Positions 39,755 to 53,517 are shown, counted from the whole stretch's first letter. The stretch is DNA of 63,517 nucleotides, filler included, from Intoshia linei (GCA_001642005.1; 8 parts of 8 records of this genome joined end to end with filler, not necessarily neighbours in it), one strand, 5' to 3'. Translations and numbers: made by a program. Notes: generated by a model not told the origin, from the letters alone.

Positions 39755-41990
39755 AATTTACCAACCTTTAAAGAAAAAATTCCAATTTTACCAACCCTAA
39801 AAGAAAAATTCGGTTTTAAAAACCCTTTAGTGAAATCCTAATTTTACCAACCCTTATGGGAAAACCCACTTTTACCAACCTTTAATGAAAAAATCTAGTT
39901 TTTATTTTTGAGTTATAATATCCACTACAGACCCAAGTTAAAACTGAAATATTAAAATACCACATTATACCTACAAACCATATTACAAAAAAATTAAAAA
40001 TATTCTATGGTGTTCACACCAGAGAATATTTTTTTATGAGAACAAATAGAATGTAATTATGACAATAGTAGAGTATTGTAATATATTTTACAAAAGCATT
40101 TTTTGTCAGTTTCCATTTATACAGAACAATCAATCAGAATCAATCAATTTAAATACTGACAGTATATTTCAAGTACTGACAAAATAATTTTTTTATTTCC
40201 CTTCCAATTAAATACTGAAAATCCATTATATCAACTGAAAATTCAATATTTATACTGACAAACCATCTAAAATTAGATGGTTAAATTAACCCAACTGATA
40301 ATTATACCCGATGTTATTTGACAAAATGTGACAACACAAGTCAAATCGCTATTCACTACCTTTTACATTAAAGTTGATATTCCATACAAATTTTTAACAC
40401 GAAAATTACACCAAAAGACAAACTGAAATAGACCATGTTTACTTTACTAGACAAAACCAGACAAAAGCGCATGGTATACAATCACGGAAGATGCATATAA
40501 ATTATTAACAGCCGAATCCAATTGGATTTGTGTAAAATCGTATACCTGTATCACAAATAAAACGATTATATACACATATGTTCAACAGCACAGTGTTCAT
40601 TCAAGTATAAGAAAAGAAATTTTTTTGACTTAAAAAAAAAAACGGAATATCTCCTAAACGATCTTAGTATACATAAATGTAGAAAAGATATTGCATGTGA
40701 AAAAAGAAATAAGGGAAAAGAAATTGTTATGAGTATAATTCAAAAGGGACAAAAGAAGCCCAGCGAAATAAAGGATATGCTGGATTTGATGCACAGCGAT
40801 ACGGGGATTACAAAGAAATATATATACAACTTAAACTATCGCCACGGCCGAAAAGAAGAAGTTATATTGTGTACCAGTGATATTAAAAATTTTGTAAAAA
40901 ATTTAGAAGAGATGAATATAGTTGATATAAAAGAATCACCCTTTGATGTATAAATTTCATCAAACTCAGCAATTGAAAAATTCGACTCCTTAACTAATTT
41001 CACATTCAAATGTAGCTACCCCGACTATCCGATATTAATTATCGGTGCATCAGATACAAGACGTCAATTTCACATTCTTTGTGTCGGAATTTGTATAAAA
41101 AAAAATGCAAAAAGCATGCTTGAAGGGCTAAATTTTCTGAAACAGGCATGCAAAAAGAGAGGTAAACAGTGTAGCATTCAAACAATTACGACTGACATTG
41201 GCAGGGCATATAAAAACCATGGAAACCCTTGTTAGTTTCACCATATGGGTTAAATTTTGGTTTCACGTGAAAAGTTTGATTGAATCTGATGCTTCCGGGA
41301 TAACAGAATCGATTCGAACATTAATTATGAACGATATTGTATTTTTGCAGAAATGTTCAAACAAATAAATTTTTATTTAAATACGATATTCTGATGTATT
41401 TAAGAACTAAGCCATGCCTGATTTGAAAAAATTTCTTAAACATTAGGCATTTGTAACAATTTCAATGGCAATTATTGATTATAAATCGATTAAGTGCAGC
41501 TGCAAAAAATTTTCTAAAAAAAAAATTCTACCACGTTTTCAATGTACTTCGTGAAAAAAAAAGATTGGATGTAATTGATTTGCCGTTGAAAATACTTAGA
41601 AAGAGAGGAAGACCAATAAAAACATCTAATAAAGCAAATACAAAATATTTCAAGGACAGGAAAATCCATAATTAATAATTTTTTTTTTTAAAAAGTTTTG
41701 TTTCATCATCAGTTTAAGTAAGTATTAAAGCGTTTATAACTTGTTTATCGATAATATTTCTATTTGAGAACTTCATTTTGTTTTGTTTGTGATATTGAGT
41801 TTTATAGGATACTCCGCAATTCTGTAAAACTGGATTTTTCACTTAAAGGTTGGTAAAACTAGAATTTTCCTTTTAGGGTTGGTAAAACTGGATGTTTCCC
41901 TTATTGGTTATTAAAACTAGAATTTTCCTTTTAGGGTTGGTTAAACTGGATTTTTCCATTAAAGGTTGGTAAAATTAGAACTTTTTCATT
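39755..41990 (+). mobile_element. MULE/Mutator-like element with tandem-array TIRs, degenerate transposase
   Basis: ~29-bp TTTTACCAACC units at 39755-39902 are mirrored at 41826-41990. Internal remnants NFTFKC..DYPILIIGASDTRRQFHILCVG, TITTDIGRAY and KRGRP. Confidence 0.75.
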
Positions 41991-42129
41991 GAAATTATCA
42001 TTCACACATGGTGCAATTAATATTAAATGATAAATATTAAACTTTCAAGATGAAAATAAAAAAACTACAAAATTTGGCATATATAATTATCCCATTATTA
42101 TAATATATCATATTATTATATATTATATT

Positions 42130-42937
42130 ATAATCTGTGAAAAGCTGTTGTGCAATGATTCTATGAAGCCGTCAAAAATGATAACGCATTTAAACACCCA
42201 ACACCCTGAGAATAAAAATAAAGACAGAATATTTTTCTCGACTGAAGAAAAACTATTACCAGTCACTAGATCAATTATCAATGTCTCAATCCATGACATC
42301 AAATATTTCAGGTGATGATGGTATACTTTCTTCTTATAAAATAGCTTTATTAATTGCTAAAAAAGGAAAACCTCACACATTAGGAGAAGAAGTTATTCTC
42401 GCCATTAAAGAAATAATTGAAAATGTGATGAAACTGGATTCAAGTAAATTCTTGAAGAAAGTTTCATTAAGTAATGAAATGGCGATCGACGTTGAAAAAA
42501 ATTTATAAACAGAATTGATCAATACTAAATTTTCCATTCAATTGGATGAGTCAACATTTGGATCTAACAATCTTCTTATGTGCTATGTACGATATTACAG
42601 TATAAGCAAAAAATGTGTTATAGATGAATTTCTTTTTGCAAATTATTTAAAAATGGATTCAAAAGGACATAATAATGAACAGTTTAATAAACTTCTCTTT
42701 CACACTGATGTCAGATGGCTCTCAAGAGGAAATTGTCTTCAAAGGCTCGTAGAAGTATTTGAATCAGTATTAATATTTTTAAATGAAACAAAAAATTCAC
42801 TCTACCACGAGCTTTTATCAAATAAAACTAATATTTTTTATTTGGCAGACATTTTTATGAAGTTCAATGAAACTCAAAAAAAAATACAAGGAAAATATGT
42901 AACTCTTATCGACACAAAAACATCCATTAGTACGTAG
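42130..42937 (+). mobile_element. hAT (Buster/Charlie, ZBED5-like) transposase remnant
   Basis: SMKPSKM..HL.TQHP; IAKKGKPHTLGEEVI; FSIQLDEST; LLFHTDVRWLSRGNCLQRL. Stops and internal deletions are present. Confidence 0.9.
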
Positions 42938-43110
42938 TTTGTACGTAGTACATAGCAGTCAACTTAGTTACTTTGTATACGTAAGGATATATATTTTTGT
43001 AAGTAAATTATAAAAATAATTTGAAATGTAACCTCAAAATCCCATTAATATACTAAATTATAAAACAACTCTAAATCTACATATACAATGTATATTATAC
43101 AGGTATTATA

Positions 43111-45404
43111 CATTGGATGAAAATGTTCAAAACTAAGTCATCTCGTTGTGACTGAGATTAACTTAATAAAACTCGAATAACTGTTAATAACTCTGTCACT
43201 TCTTTGGCAACTAAGATTTATTTTGAAAGTACAGTCACCACCTGCATATTTATTGCATAAATTTATATCAAAGCAATAAAACATTAGTATTCTGTTTTTT
43301 CAACATTCACGGCTCGCGATCTGTAGTATGGCCACATAAAAATGATTTTTATTTGGATTTATTGAAATTAAAATCACAAGTTTACAATTCATCTTTAGTG
43401 TTTTTGTTTTTTCATTTTCAATTTCCATTGCAAATTTATACTACATTGTATTTGGTAATATTTAACATTAAAATGTATTATTTACCTTTATAGTTTATGC
43501 CCAATTCAAACCGATCATTATTAAATAATGTGTTGAAAGAAATCAATGATGAAGAAGATATTGAAAATGCTGAAATGAATGAGGTGGAGAGTGAAACCGA
43601 ATTTTCTGGTCCTGTATATAAGTTCGTAAAAGAAAACGATGCTTTTATAGACATTACCGGATTTTACCAAATGGAACTTGAATTGATTTACCACCGTCTT
43701 ATGGGATACATAATAGATCACAGGCGACGAGGTCCTTCTCCAAAATTGAAAGGAATTGATCCTTTAGTCTTAACATTATTCTGGTTGAAAACTGCCACAG
43801 CTATGAGAATAATTACAAAGATTTTTGGTTTAAGTAGTAACCAAGTAGTTCAAAAAACGATAGATAGGACGAGAGCTCCACTATATAAATGTTTATAAGA
43901 TAAATGGTGAAATGATCTAATGCAGCCTATTTACCTTAATGCTGATGACATGAGCAATGTCGCACTTATAGGTGATTCAACTACCGTAAGAATTCCCAAA
44001 CCTTCAAATGAAGAAGTAAATCATAAAATATTTTGGGATGGAAAAATTTTGGGGGTTGGTAGTGAGCATGACTATAAAATGTTCAAAAAAAATTATAAGT
44101 CATATATTAACTACTTAGAAAAAGAAAATGATGCAAATCTGATCAGTGGTTAATCAAACTGGAGCATACTATTTGACTCAGGATATTTAGGACCTTCTTC
44201 TGATACTCCTGAGATATCAAAAATAGCAATTCCACGACATTCGCAGTGTGTTACCGCTAATGAAAAAACCAACCTAAAAAAAAAAGTGCTCATAAACGTA
44301 CCAGTAGAGCAATTCTTTGGAGGACTTAAAAAATCCTTCAAGGTATTTTTATTTTTAAATCTCACTTAATTCAGCTATTTTTCCATTGGGTGACAATTTA
44401 AATTTTTCAACGATAGCCACAATTTTAGGTAAACTTTGTTCTGAATCTTATATATTTTAGAATAGAAAAATTTTTATTTTTTTGTTGGATTGTTAGACGT
44501 TTTTATCAAACAAAGATTTAGATCAAAATTCTTTCATTTTTCTGAGCCCTGAACAATTTTATGTACTATATTGTTTAGTTTTTTAGTGTAAAAATTATAA
44601 TTTATCCACTGGTGCGTATAAATAGAGTAACTAGATTATGCTATGTTTATTTTTAATTTTAGATATTATCTGGTGTTTACACATACGACAGAATTCACTT
44701 TGACATTGACTTCGATATATGTGTACTATTAACAAATGAATTAATATCAAGAAACGCCTTAAATGAAATGGATCATACGTATGAAATCAGAAAAGATCGA
44801 GAACGAGAAAAAACGTTGAAGCGTAAACAATCTGCTGATCGTTACCGGGAAATATCTTCTATGAGAAATGAATTGGATAATTCATTATCCAGTCAATATA
44901 GTGACATTATGTATTAAATTTTATTGTGAACCATTATTATTGTATTGCATTCTTCGTATATTTTAAAAAAGTTTCACTGCATCTATAATAAAATCTGTGG
45001 TCATTTTATCAATCACATTATCACAATTTCGTTAAACTTTATTTTCAATTAGATCTGCTCTTTTATTTGTTGATTTTTTTCTTTTTAAATTATCAAATTC
45101 TGGAGCTTTTCTTCTGTTGCCCCCTCATACCCCCATAGATTATAAAATGTATATTTTAAAACAAAGTTTATGTTGTGTATATTTTAAAAAAAAATTTTGT
45201 TTTGGTTTACAAAAATGTATGATTAAAATGTTAATATCTATTGTCTGACTGTATAACATTTTGTTATCCTAATAAAGATAATTTTTAAACAGTACATTTT
45301 AGTTGCCAAAAAAGTGACAGAGTTATCAACAGTTTGACGAAATTATCAACAGTGAAAATTTGTTATTGTCAACTTAACTATGGTTTCAAAAGTTTCATCC
45401 ATTG
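43111..45404 (+). mobile_element. DDE_Tnp_4 (PIF/Harbinger-ISL2EU-like) DNA transposon, degenerate
   Basis: TATA-flanked ends CATTGGATGAAA / TTTCATCCATTG and an inner inverted block CTGTTAATAACTCTGTCACTTCTTTGGCAACTAA (43181-43214 vs 45299-45332). Transposase 43497-44917: RRRGP...LVLTLFWLK HTH, LIGDSTT, GSEHD, LFDSGY.G, VEQFFG.LK. Confidence 0.8.
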
Positions 45405-45695
45405 TATATCAATAGATCATTTAATCCAAATATATTAAAATGGAATAAATTACAATAATTAAATTAGACATAATTACCAAATAAAAACTCTGGATAAATG
45501 ACATACAATTTAGAATTGAGCATAAAAGTATGTAAAAATGTGGCAATATTTTCATGTCGAATGTTGGACATAATTTTTAGTTGATTCTAAAATATACAAT
45601 AATGAAAATAATAAGTACAAAACATATAAGTATAAACATAAAAAACAAACCAAAAGCTACATAAAAGATATTATAAAAATATGAATAAAAATTAC

Positions 45696-46000
45696 CACCA
45701 TAAAATCCTGATTGTAATTTTTCGATTCCGTAGCATATTCTACCACGCTAACACCCGTCCCAGAATCATTGTTGTCTCGATTTTGATTATTAAACAAGAT
45801 TATGTAGAAATTGCAACGGCTAACCAAACTGTGGTTTTCTAAACAAATTGTAATAATATTTGAATTAAAAAACTAGAAAAAGTTAACTTCGATAATAAAA
45901 AAAGAAAACCAAAATCAAATTACTCATTAGCGTCAATTTGATACAAATAAAATTCCAATATAAAAAAATTACCCAACTTGTATACATCTTTTACACTCAT
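45696..46000 (-). CDS. Hypothetical protein, first two exons (partial, orphan)
   Basis: Exons 45973-46000 (ATG) and 45696-45838 splice in phase 1: MSVKDVYKLENHSLVSRCNFYIILFNNQNRDNNDSGTGVSVVEYATESKNYNQDFMV. Confidence 0.45.
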
Positions 46001-46170
46001 TTGAAACAGCTCAAAAGTATTTTATTTAAAAATAAAATTGATTAATCTTAAAAATTGCAACAATTGTACTAGATTGGAAAATGAAATATTTAAAATGTAG
46101 TACAGCGTTCATCCTAAATGTTTGATTATTAGTAAAGTTTATATCCATACTAGATTTAATTATCGTTAGT

Positions 46171-47885
46171 ATGTACAAAAAGTTGTTGCGTTTTATATCA
46201 AAGGGTATACAAAATTGTAGAAAGGTTTAAAATGTTTAATATTATTTAGAAAGTTGTAAAAAAACTTTACATCGAAATGCCAATATTGAAAATGAATACA
46301 CCATAATAAATGTCCAAGATTCAGACAGAAACTTACGACACGCAACGCTCAAATCAATCAGACAGACTAGAAAAAAGAGAAATTTTAATTCATGTGACAA
46401 ATCTTACAATTTACCAACCATAAACAAAACTCATACCGGTGTTTATAATTTGGAAACATTAGAAAGGTACCAGTACCCATCTGGAACCGATGAAAGAGTT
46501 AAAAAAATTCTTAGTTTGCACTATTCAATGTATTCAAAATCTTATCATCCATATTTCGTTTCCATGTGTAAAAATTTTGGTATAAATATCTTAAAAATTA
46601 ATAATCAAATTGACAAATTAATTGTCGAAATAATTCAATACACCCTCAAAATTAAAATTTCACATGAGAGTTATCGGCAAACTCAAAATTATTTGAGATA
46701 TGCTAGTACTATAAAAAATTGCACAAATAGTAGGAAAGTTTTATTGGATAAAATTTTTATCATGAATTCAAAAAAAGCACAGCAAGTTATAGATAAATTA
46801 GAATTGGATTACAACTTTACATTTGTCGATGAGGAGCAATATAATGACTACATTTCGGATCAAAATGATAGTATAGCACCCCGAGCCCGTAGTAGAGAAG
46901 TTTATGTTAGTACAAAAACAAAGTTTCATAATAAGCACGGCAAGTTTCTTGATGCATTAGAACTTGATCGCCAAAAATTTAAAAATGATATCGATGATAG
47001 TTTCCAAAATAAAATTGATCGATTTAAGCAAAATCTTGAATCAGAATTACAGGATTATCTCAAAGAAAAGGTTTGTATTTATTCATTTTTAAAACTCTTA
47101 AAAATTAATCAGATTATATAACTAAAACATTCAATTGTATTTGTATCAAAATAAATTCAGGTACATCATACGACGCCTATTCTCTAGATCAGAGGTGTAA
47201 AATCTAGTCAAAATCTAGTAATCTAGTAAAATCTTATGAGAAATAACCAAAATTTTTTCAACCCTTAGGAAAAAATCCCATTTTACCATTATTTTTTTGA
47301 AAAATGCCTCTATCTGATCCCAAAAGAAAAAACCTAATTTTACCAACCATTAAGGAAAAAACAGCTTTTATCAATATTTTTCTAAAAAATCCAAAATTAA
47401 TATTTTAAAAATAAAATAATTTTAAATGAAAAATTGTTTAGAAAGCCGCACTTTCCCCACCTCTGCTTTTATTATTATTACTAGTAAGACATTCATTTGA
47501 ACGACATAATCATCGATTTTACTAATTTATCATTTACTTGTGATTATTTATTTATTTTAAATGCATTATTTTAATTAATATACTTTAGAAGTCCATTTTT
47601 GAAAATATAGATAATGAGCTGAAATTAATTAATTTTGAACGCAAGCAAAATTTTAATGATACTATTGAAGAATTAACGGAAAGTTCAAATTTTGGTTTAC
47701 CCAAGGATATATACCATTGTTATAAAGATGAAGCACTAATAGAATTTTATAAATCCATCAAACCGAGAATGTACAGAGATTGGAAACCAATTCCAAAAGG
47801 AGTATACGATTTTATAATGCAAGCTAAAGTGAATTGGCCTAAATATAAAGAAGCTAGGAAAGCTCCACTTATTGTAGAACCTTAG
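46171..47885 (+). CDS. Hypothetical ~383-aa protein, 3 exons, coiled-coil-like middle (orphan)
   Basis: Exons 46171-46204, 46250-47070 and 47589-47885 join in frame via GT-AG introns (45 and 518 nt). The 821-nt and 297-nt open exons are unlikely by chance at this AT content. Confidence 0.75.
47190..47465. mobile_element. MITE-like insertion in intron
   Basis: CAGAGGTG...CACCTCTG ends. Carries TTTTACCAACC-type sub-repeats like the 39755 MULE arrays. Confidence 0.5.
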
Positions 47886-49190
47886 TTTAAATATATCAAA
47901 AAAATTTTTTATTTTTTGTACAGCCAAACTTTGTTAATTCCATTTCCATATGATTGAAAAGGCTTCATATTTGTTAAATTAAATCTACAGCATATTAATA
48001 ATGTGCCTTTTGAGGCATTTGATTCAAAGTACTTTTCAATTTTTGACATCTAGATTTGTTTAGTTATTGATAATAAAATGTAATATTTCAATTTTTACAC
48101 TATAACTTTTCTGTTATCCTTGAATTATTATTATTAGGTTAACTCAGTCTCGATTTCAGTTTAAATTTTCAATTTACTTTACAAAAACATTAAAATATAT
48201 AAACATAAAAATAAGTACTTATAAACGCACTAACTAAATTAGTGACCAGAAAAAAAACGTACTATCACATTTAGTTTATTTGGAATAAATTTAAGGCCAA
48301 TTAATTTTTTATCGTCATCATAGATAAATAAAAATAATATAAAATATAATGTACTATATAATAATAAAATAAATTGTTTTGGCTTTACATTTATCATTAT
48401 AATTTAGTATTTAGACGAAATTTTAGTCTAAATACGTACTAGTTACTTAGAAACCAAAATGAAACTAAATTTAAAATCTCAACCGAAATTAAATTTACAT
48501 TCAGTTAAAATTAATATTTATTTATACATTTATATTACATTAGTATTTATCGTTAGACATAATTTTTAGATACAAACCATTGTTATTTAGTATACATTTA
48601 TAAAAATCACAACAATTTTTTTGACTAATTAAAAATAATTATTATTTATATTTGTTTTACTTTACAATTGAAATTTCAGTTTTTAAATATGAATTTAAAA
48701 TTAAAAAATATTGATAAAGTGTGCTTTTAATTTAATTACCATTGAGAAAGTTTATTTCAAATAAAACGTAAATAAACATCTTTCTATACAAATTTATACA
48801 CTAAAATTTTTACGTTTACATAAAAATTATCGAGTAAGTATTTAGTACGTATTTTTAATTTAAAAAAATACGTATATCTGGCCACTTTATCTAAACCAAT
48901 ACTACCGTCATTTTCTTAAATTTTAATTATTTTTTTTAATTTATACTCTTGTATGTATTATATCTTCATTCTAAAACAATTGTTAGCAAAACAAAATTAT
49001 AAAATATACCTCGAGCACGTTAAAAACAGTCTTAAAAATATAATATCATACAAACACGTATAACGTATAAAAAATAAATCAATTCAAAACGTTGCCGCTA
49101 AACTAGATTATTATGACTTTATTTGTTAATTGAGTAGTCTTTGTTTTCTTAATTAAAGATATTAAATAATTTTTGATTGATTTAACTATA

Positions 49191-49475
49191 TCAATTTCCC
49201 CTTAAAATACGATTTTTAATAGTATATTTTTTAAAATCTTTATTATTCGTGCAAATAAGTAAATAACATGCTAATTGTTACAGAATTGAGCTGAAAACGA
49301 CACAAAACGTATTATACATAAATTTCCTCTTGAAATACGATTTTTAGATATAAATTTTTTAAAATCTTAATTATTCGTGTAAATAAGTAAATAACATGCT
49401 AATTGTGACGGAATTGAGCTGAAAACGACAAAAAACGTATTATACATCAATTTCCTTATAAAATACGATTTTTAA
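49191..49475. repeat. Tandem repeat, ~128-bp unit, about 2.2 copies
   Basis: AAATACGATTTTTA...AAATAAGTAAATAACATGCTAATTGT...GAATTGAGCTGAAAACGACA repeated next to a contig end. Confidence 0.85.
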
Positions 49476-49626
49476 ATTAAATATTTAATATTTGACATAA
49501 ATTATTATAAATAAATAAAATACTTANNNNNNNNNNNNNNNNNNNNNNNNNNNNNNNNNNNNNNNNNNNNTTAATTAATTAANNNNNNNNNNNNNNNNNN
49601 NNNNNNNNNNNNNNNNNNNNNNNNNN

Positions 49627-51782
49627 CATTTGGAGATGTGTGTTTTAATGTCATTGATATAGTTTGGCCAAAAATAGTAGTCTTGAATGAATTGAATTGT
49701 TTTGCTGATTCCTGTATGCATGAAAAATTTTGAGTTATGAAAGAAATCTAATAATGATTTTCGTATATGTGTAGGTATTATACAGTTTTTGTTAGAGTGA
49801 ACTAGAAGATTATTCTTGATTTTGATATCGTTTATGTATTTATGGTATTCGTTATCTGGGCTTATCTCTGAAGATTCTATGAGGTGTTTGAGTATTTCGC
49901 CACATGATTTACAATCTCGTTGTGCTTTGGGAATGTCAAATTTGTTTGTATCGATTGTTGATTTGTTGTTGATGGTATCTTCATTGGTGAGTGGTTCTCG
50001 TGACAGTAGATCAGCGATATTGTTTAATTTTCGCGGTTGGTAGACGATATCGAAATCAAAGTCTTGAAGGTATTGAATGTAGCGGAAATGTCGTTTTATT
50101 GGTTCTTTCGTGTTTCGTATGTGCGTTAGTGGTTTATGGTCGGTAACTATAGTAAATTTCCTTCCCATTAAGTAATATGAAATTTTTTTACTGCCCACTT
50201 GATTGCATAGAATTCCTTATCTCTTGTGCTGTAATTTCGTTGAGACTTATTCAGTGTTTTGCTAGCATACTAAATTATATGGTTGTTTTGTTTAAGTACT
50301 GCATCTACGTTGTATTCACAAGCGTCAGTTTCTAGAGTGAACTCGGTAAGTGGGTCGGGCATAGTTAATATAGGTGAGGCTGTGATAATATTTTTTAAGT
50401 GTTCGAAAGATTGTTGACATTCAATTGACCACACAAATTTGGTATTTTTTCGTAGTAAATTAACTAACGGATGTGATGTTAGCATAGTGTGGTATGAATT
50501 TTACAAGATAATTGCATACACCGAGGAATCTTCTTACTTTTTTAATATTGTTAGGTGGTTTAATTTCTTGTATGGCTAATTTTCTTTCATCTTCGATTTA
50601 TATTTTATTGGGTGTTATCACGTGTCCTAGATATACAAGTTTATCTTTATCAAGAAACTATTTATCTGGGTTAATGGTCATATGAGATTCTTTTAATCGA
50701 CTGAAAACCTCTATCAGGGCTCTTTCATGGTCCGCTCTGTTATTTTATGCTATGATGATATCGTCTATATAGACATATACTCCTTCGATTCCGCGTAGAA
50801 TTGTATCCATGATGTGTTGGATAGTCCCATTGGCATTCTGGTGAACTGATATCTATGAATGGGAATCTGATATCTGGTGAATCTATTTCCATAGAACGTT
50901 TGGAAAGCTGTTTTTGGCTTATCTTCCGGTCGAATTGGGATTTGCTAGTAGCCTTTCGATAAGTCCAAGGTAGAAAATATTTTGGCACCATGTAAGGAGT
51001 CAATGGATTGCTGGTTTGCTAAAAGATATGCATCTTTGATAGTGATGTTATTTAATTTACGGAAATAAGTGAAATCTGTATTCACTAGAGAGCTTCTTTT
51101 TTAGAAATTTTGATTTGATTGCACTATGTGAAGGTTTAATTAGTCGTTGTTTTATCATTTCTTAGATTATCTGAGCTTCAGTTTTACTGAGATGCAAGGG
51201 TGTAGGTATGACTGATTTTTTGAACAGTTTGTAGTTGAGCGTTAGCACGATTTTGTGTTCTCCCATGGTTTGTTGTCAATGTCCCGGTGTTTTGGAGAAT
51301 GCAGTTGGAAATTTTCTTTCCATTAAGTCATGAAAGCTTCCCTTCTGTTTCTTGCAAATTGGCTTAGTTTCGTCGGCTGATGTTTTTGGATTTGGTTTTT
51401 CATTAATAAAACCCAAATGAATTGTAGATTTTAATCCGAGTACGTTCCGTCCTTTACATAAGGTAAAGTAGACGTGTTTTTGAAAGGTAATTTGACTCGT
51501 TTATAGGTTTTTATTTTGCTGACTCCATGTCAAATTAATTTTTGTGTGGCTGGAATTATTTTAGTTGTGTTGAAAAAACAGTGGAATGGGTCTATATATA
51601 ATATATTTATAGGTGACCCTGTATTTATTAAAAATTTTAAAAGTACTTGGTTATTGTTGTCGTCTTCTAGCGTTATTTCTGCGTTCAATGATTTTTTGTC
51701 CATAGTGTGTACACTGTTAATTTTGATAGAGTTTCTGATTTTTCTCCGGCATACTTTTTCAAAATGATTTTTTGTTCCACAG
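49627..51782 (-). mobile_element. Ty3/Gypsy pol (PR-RT-RH-IN), degenerate
   Basis: FLINTGSP (protease with D>N), YVYIDDIII (~50760), LLRKNTKFVWS.ECQQSFE.LK...FTLETDAC, GRKFTIVTDHKPL, HTGISKT..YFWP. Many frameshifts. Confidence 0.92.
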
Positions 51783-52075
51783 NNNNNNNNNNNNNNNNNN
51801 NNNNNNNNNNNNNNNNNNNNNNNNNNTTAATTAATTAANNNNNNNNNNNNNNNNNNNNNNNNNNNNNNNNNNNNNNNNNNNNAATGTAGAGGTAAATCAT
51901 ATGGAATGACAACTGACAAATGCTTGACCGACTTGTACCGCCTACCGCAAAATAGAGTCATTATTGGAGTTATATATAACGGTATCATTATCTACAAAAT
52001 CAATATACTATCTAAACTATTAAAATATCAGATTATGTAGCGTGCGAATTACATTCATTATGGTTAAAATTTAGT

Positions 52076-52760
52076 TTGAAATCAATTAATTTATTTCTTG
52101 TTAAATTGAAAGTTCGTTTAGTTATAAAAAATTATCAAAAATTCATAAACAGAAATAAGAACGATAGAAAAAATCTAAAAAACACTGAGCCAACATTTAA
52201 TCAAATTATGGATTTACATGATAAAACCAAAAAATTAAATGATGAAGATAAAAGATTTTTACAGACACAACTAAATAGCCCAGGAAATATTGGTCAATGC
52301 AGTTCATCATCTAACGATGATAATTCCATTATTAACAAAAGAAAAAGAATTAAAAATCAAGATTTTAATTTTTCAGTTTCTGAATTAATTGAACCTTATT
52401 CAGATGACTTAATGGATGTAGATTATACATTCAATCAAGTTGATACTATTTCAGCAAAACAATCCGCTGTAGCATCTATTATTACAAATACTTCCTCTCG
52501 AAAGATGAGTAAAATTCTAAATTTNAAAGTTGATACTATTTCAGCAAAACAATCCGCTGTAGCATCTATTATTACAAATAATTCTTCTCGAAAGATGAGT
52601 AAAATTCTAAATTTGTAAATTAATGATTCAAAAATATTAAGTAAAAGTATCATATTTTATAATGCCAAAAAATTTTTAAAAACTGTTAAAGATACATTAA
52701 AAAATGATTGATTGTCTTTTAAACTAAAATTCTGTTTGCATTTTGACGGAAAACGTAAAA
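52076..52760 (+). pseudogene. Decayed DNA-transposase-like remnant (LHFDGK motif, hAT-related?)
   Basis: Long open frame followed by KFCLHFDGKR at ~52730, resembling the LHWDGK motif of some arthropod DNA transposases. Confidence 0.35.
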
Positions 52761-53049
52761 TAGAAAAATTTTTGTACACCTGTAATTTATTTAATATTCA
52801 TTTCTAATTAATTTAAATGTGATCATGTAATTATCCGCTATCAATTCCATATATATTAAAAAAAAATTTAAATATCTCATTATATACTAAATTTAATTCA
52901 AATAGCTATGATGTTGTCAATCATTATCTTTTGATAACGAACTGTAAAATTAAAAAGAGAAGTATCATGTTGATCAGGAAAATTTCAGCTTTTTATTTGT
53001 ATGGGTCTCATGCAGATCCACGAAAAAAGTTTTCATTTTGTTGTCTAGT

Positions 53050-53417
53050 GTAAAATGCGACGCGATTTTTGTTTGTGTGTCTGTGTGTGTGTCCTAGTTT
53101 ATTGAAATAACTAGCACTTATAGAATTTTTTAAAGACCACATTTCAATTACAGTTTTTTGCGGACATATAATAAGATAAATTTCAACCTCCCAATTTCAC
53201 ATTTTAAAAGTCAAAAACCCCTGTTGTCCCTCTTTTTAAAAATTAAACGAGTTGGAGAATTTAAACAAATATATACGCTGATGCGGATTTTAAAATCATA
53301 AACATTATCATAAATTTAAATGTAAAAAAATTATATCTTCAGGGCCAAAACCCAAAATTACCCTTTTTTTTAATGAAAACAGCACTAGAATTTAAAAAAA
53401 ATTACAGGTAGTACAGT
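53050..53417 (+). mobile_element. Helitron-family copy
   Basis: TTTGTTTGTGTGTCTGTGTG...CACATTTCAATTACAGTTTTTT...TTATCATAAATTTAAAT, shared with 35802-36210 and 4340-5030. Confidence 0.65.
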
Positions 53418-53517
53418 NNNNNNNNNNNNNNNNNNNNNNNNNNNNNNNNNNNNNNNNNNNNTTAATTAATTAANNNNNNNNNNNNNNNNNNNNNNNNNNN
53501 NNNNNNNNNNNNNNNNN

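Noticed and set aside
39755-39902. Regular ~29-bp repeats resembling a CRISPR array
   Set aside because: No unique spacers, degenerate units, a mirrored copy at the other end of a MULE remnant, eukaryotic context and no cas genes.
52437-52614. Near-perfect ~88-bp tandem duplication in an ORF
   Set aside because: The copies are separated by a single N (52525), typical of an unmerged assembly overlap.
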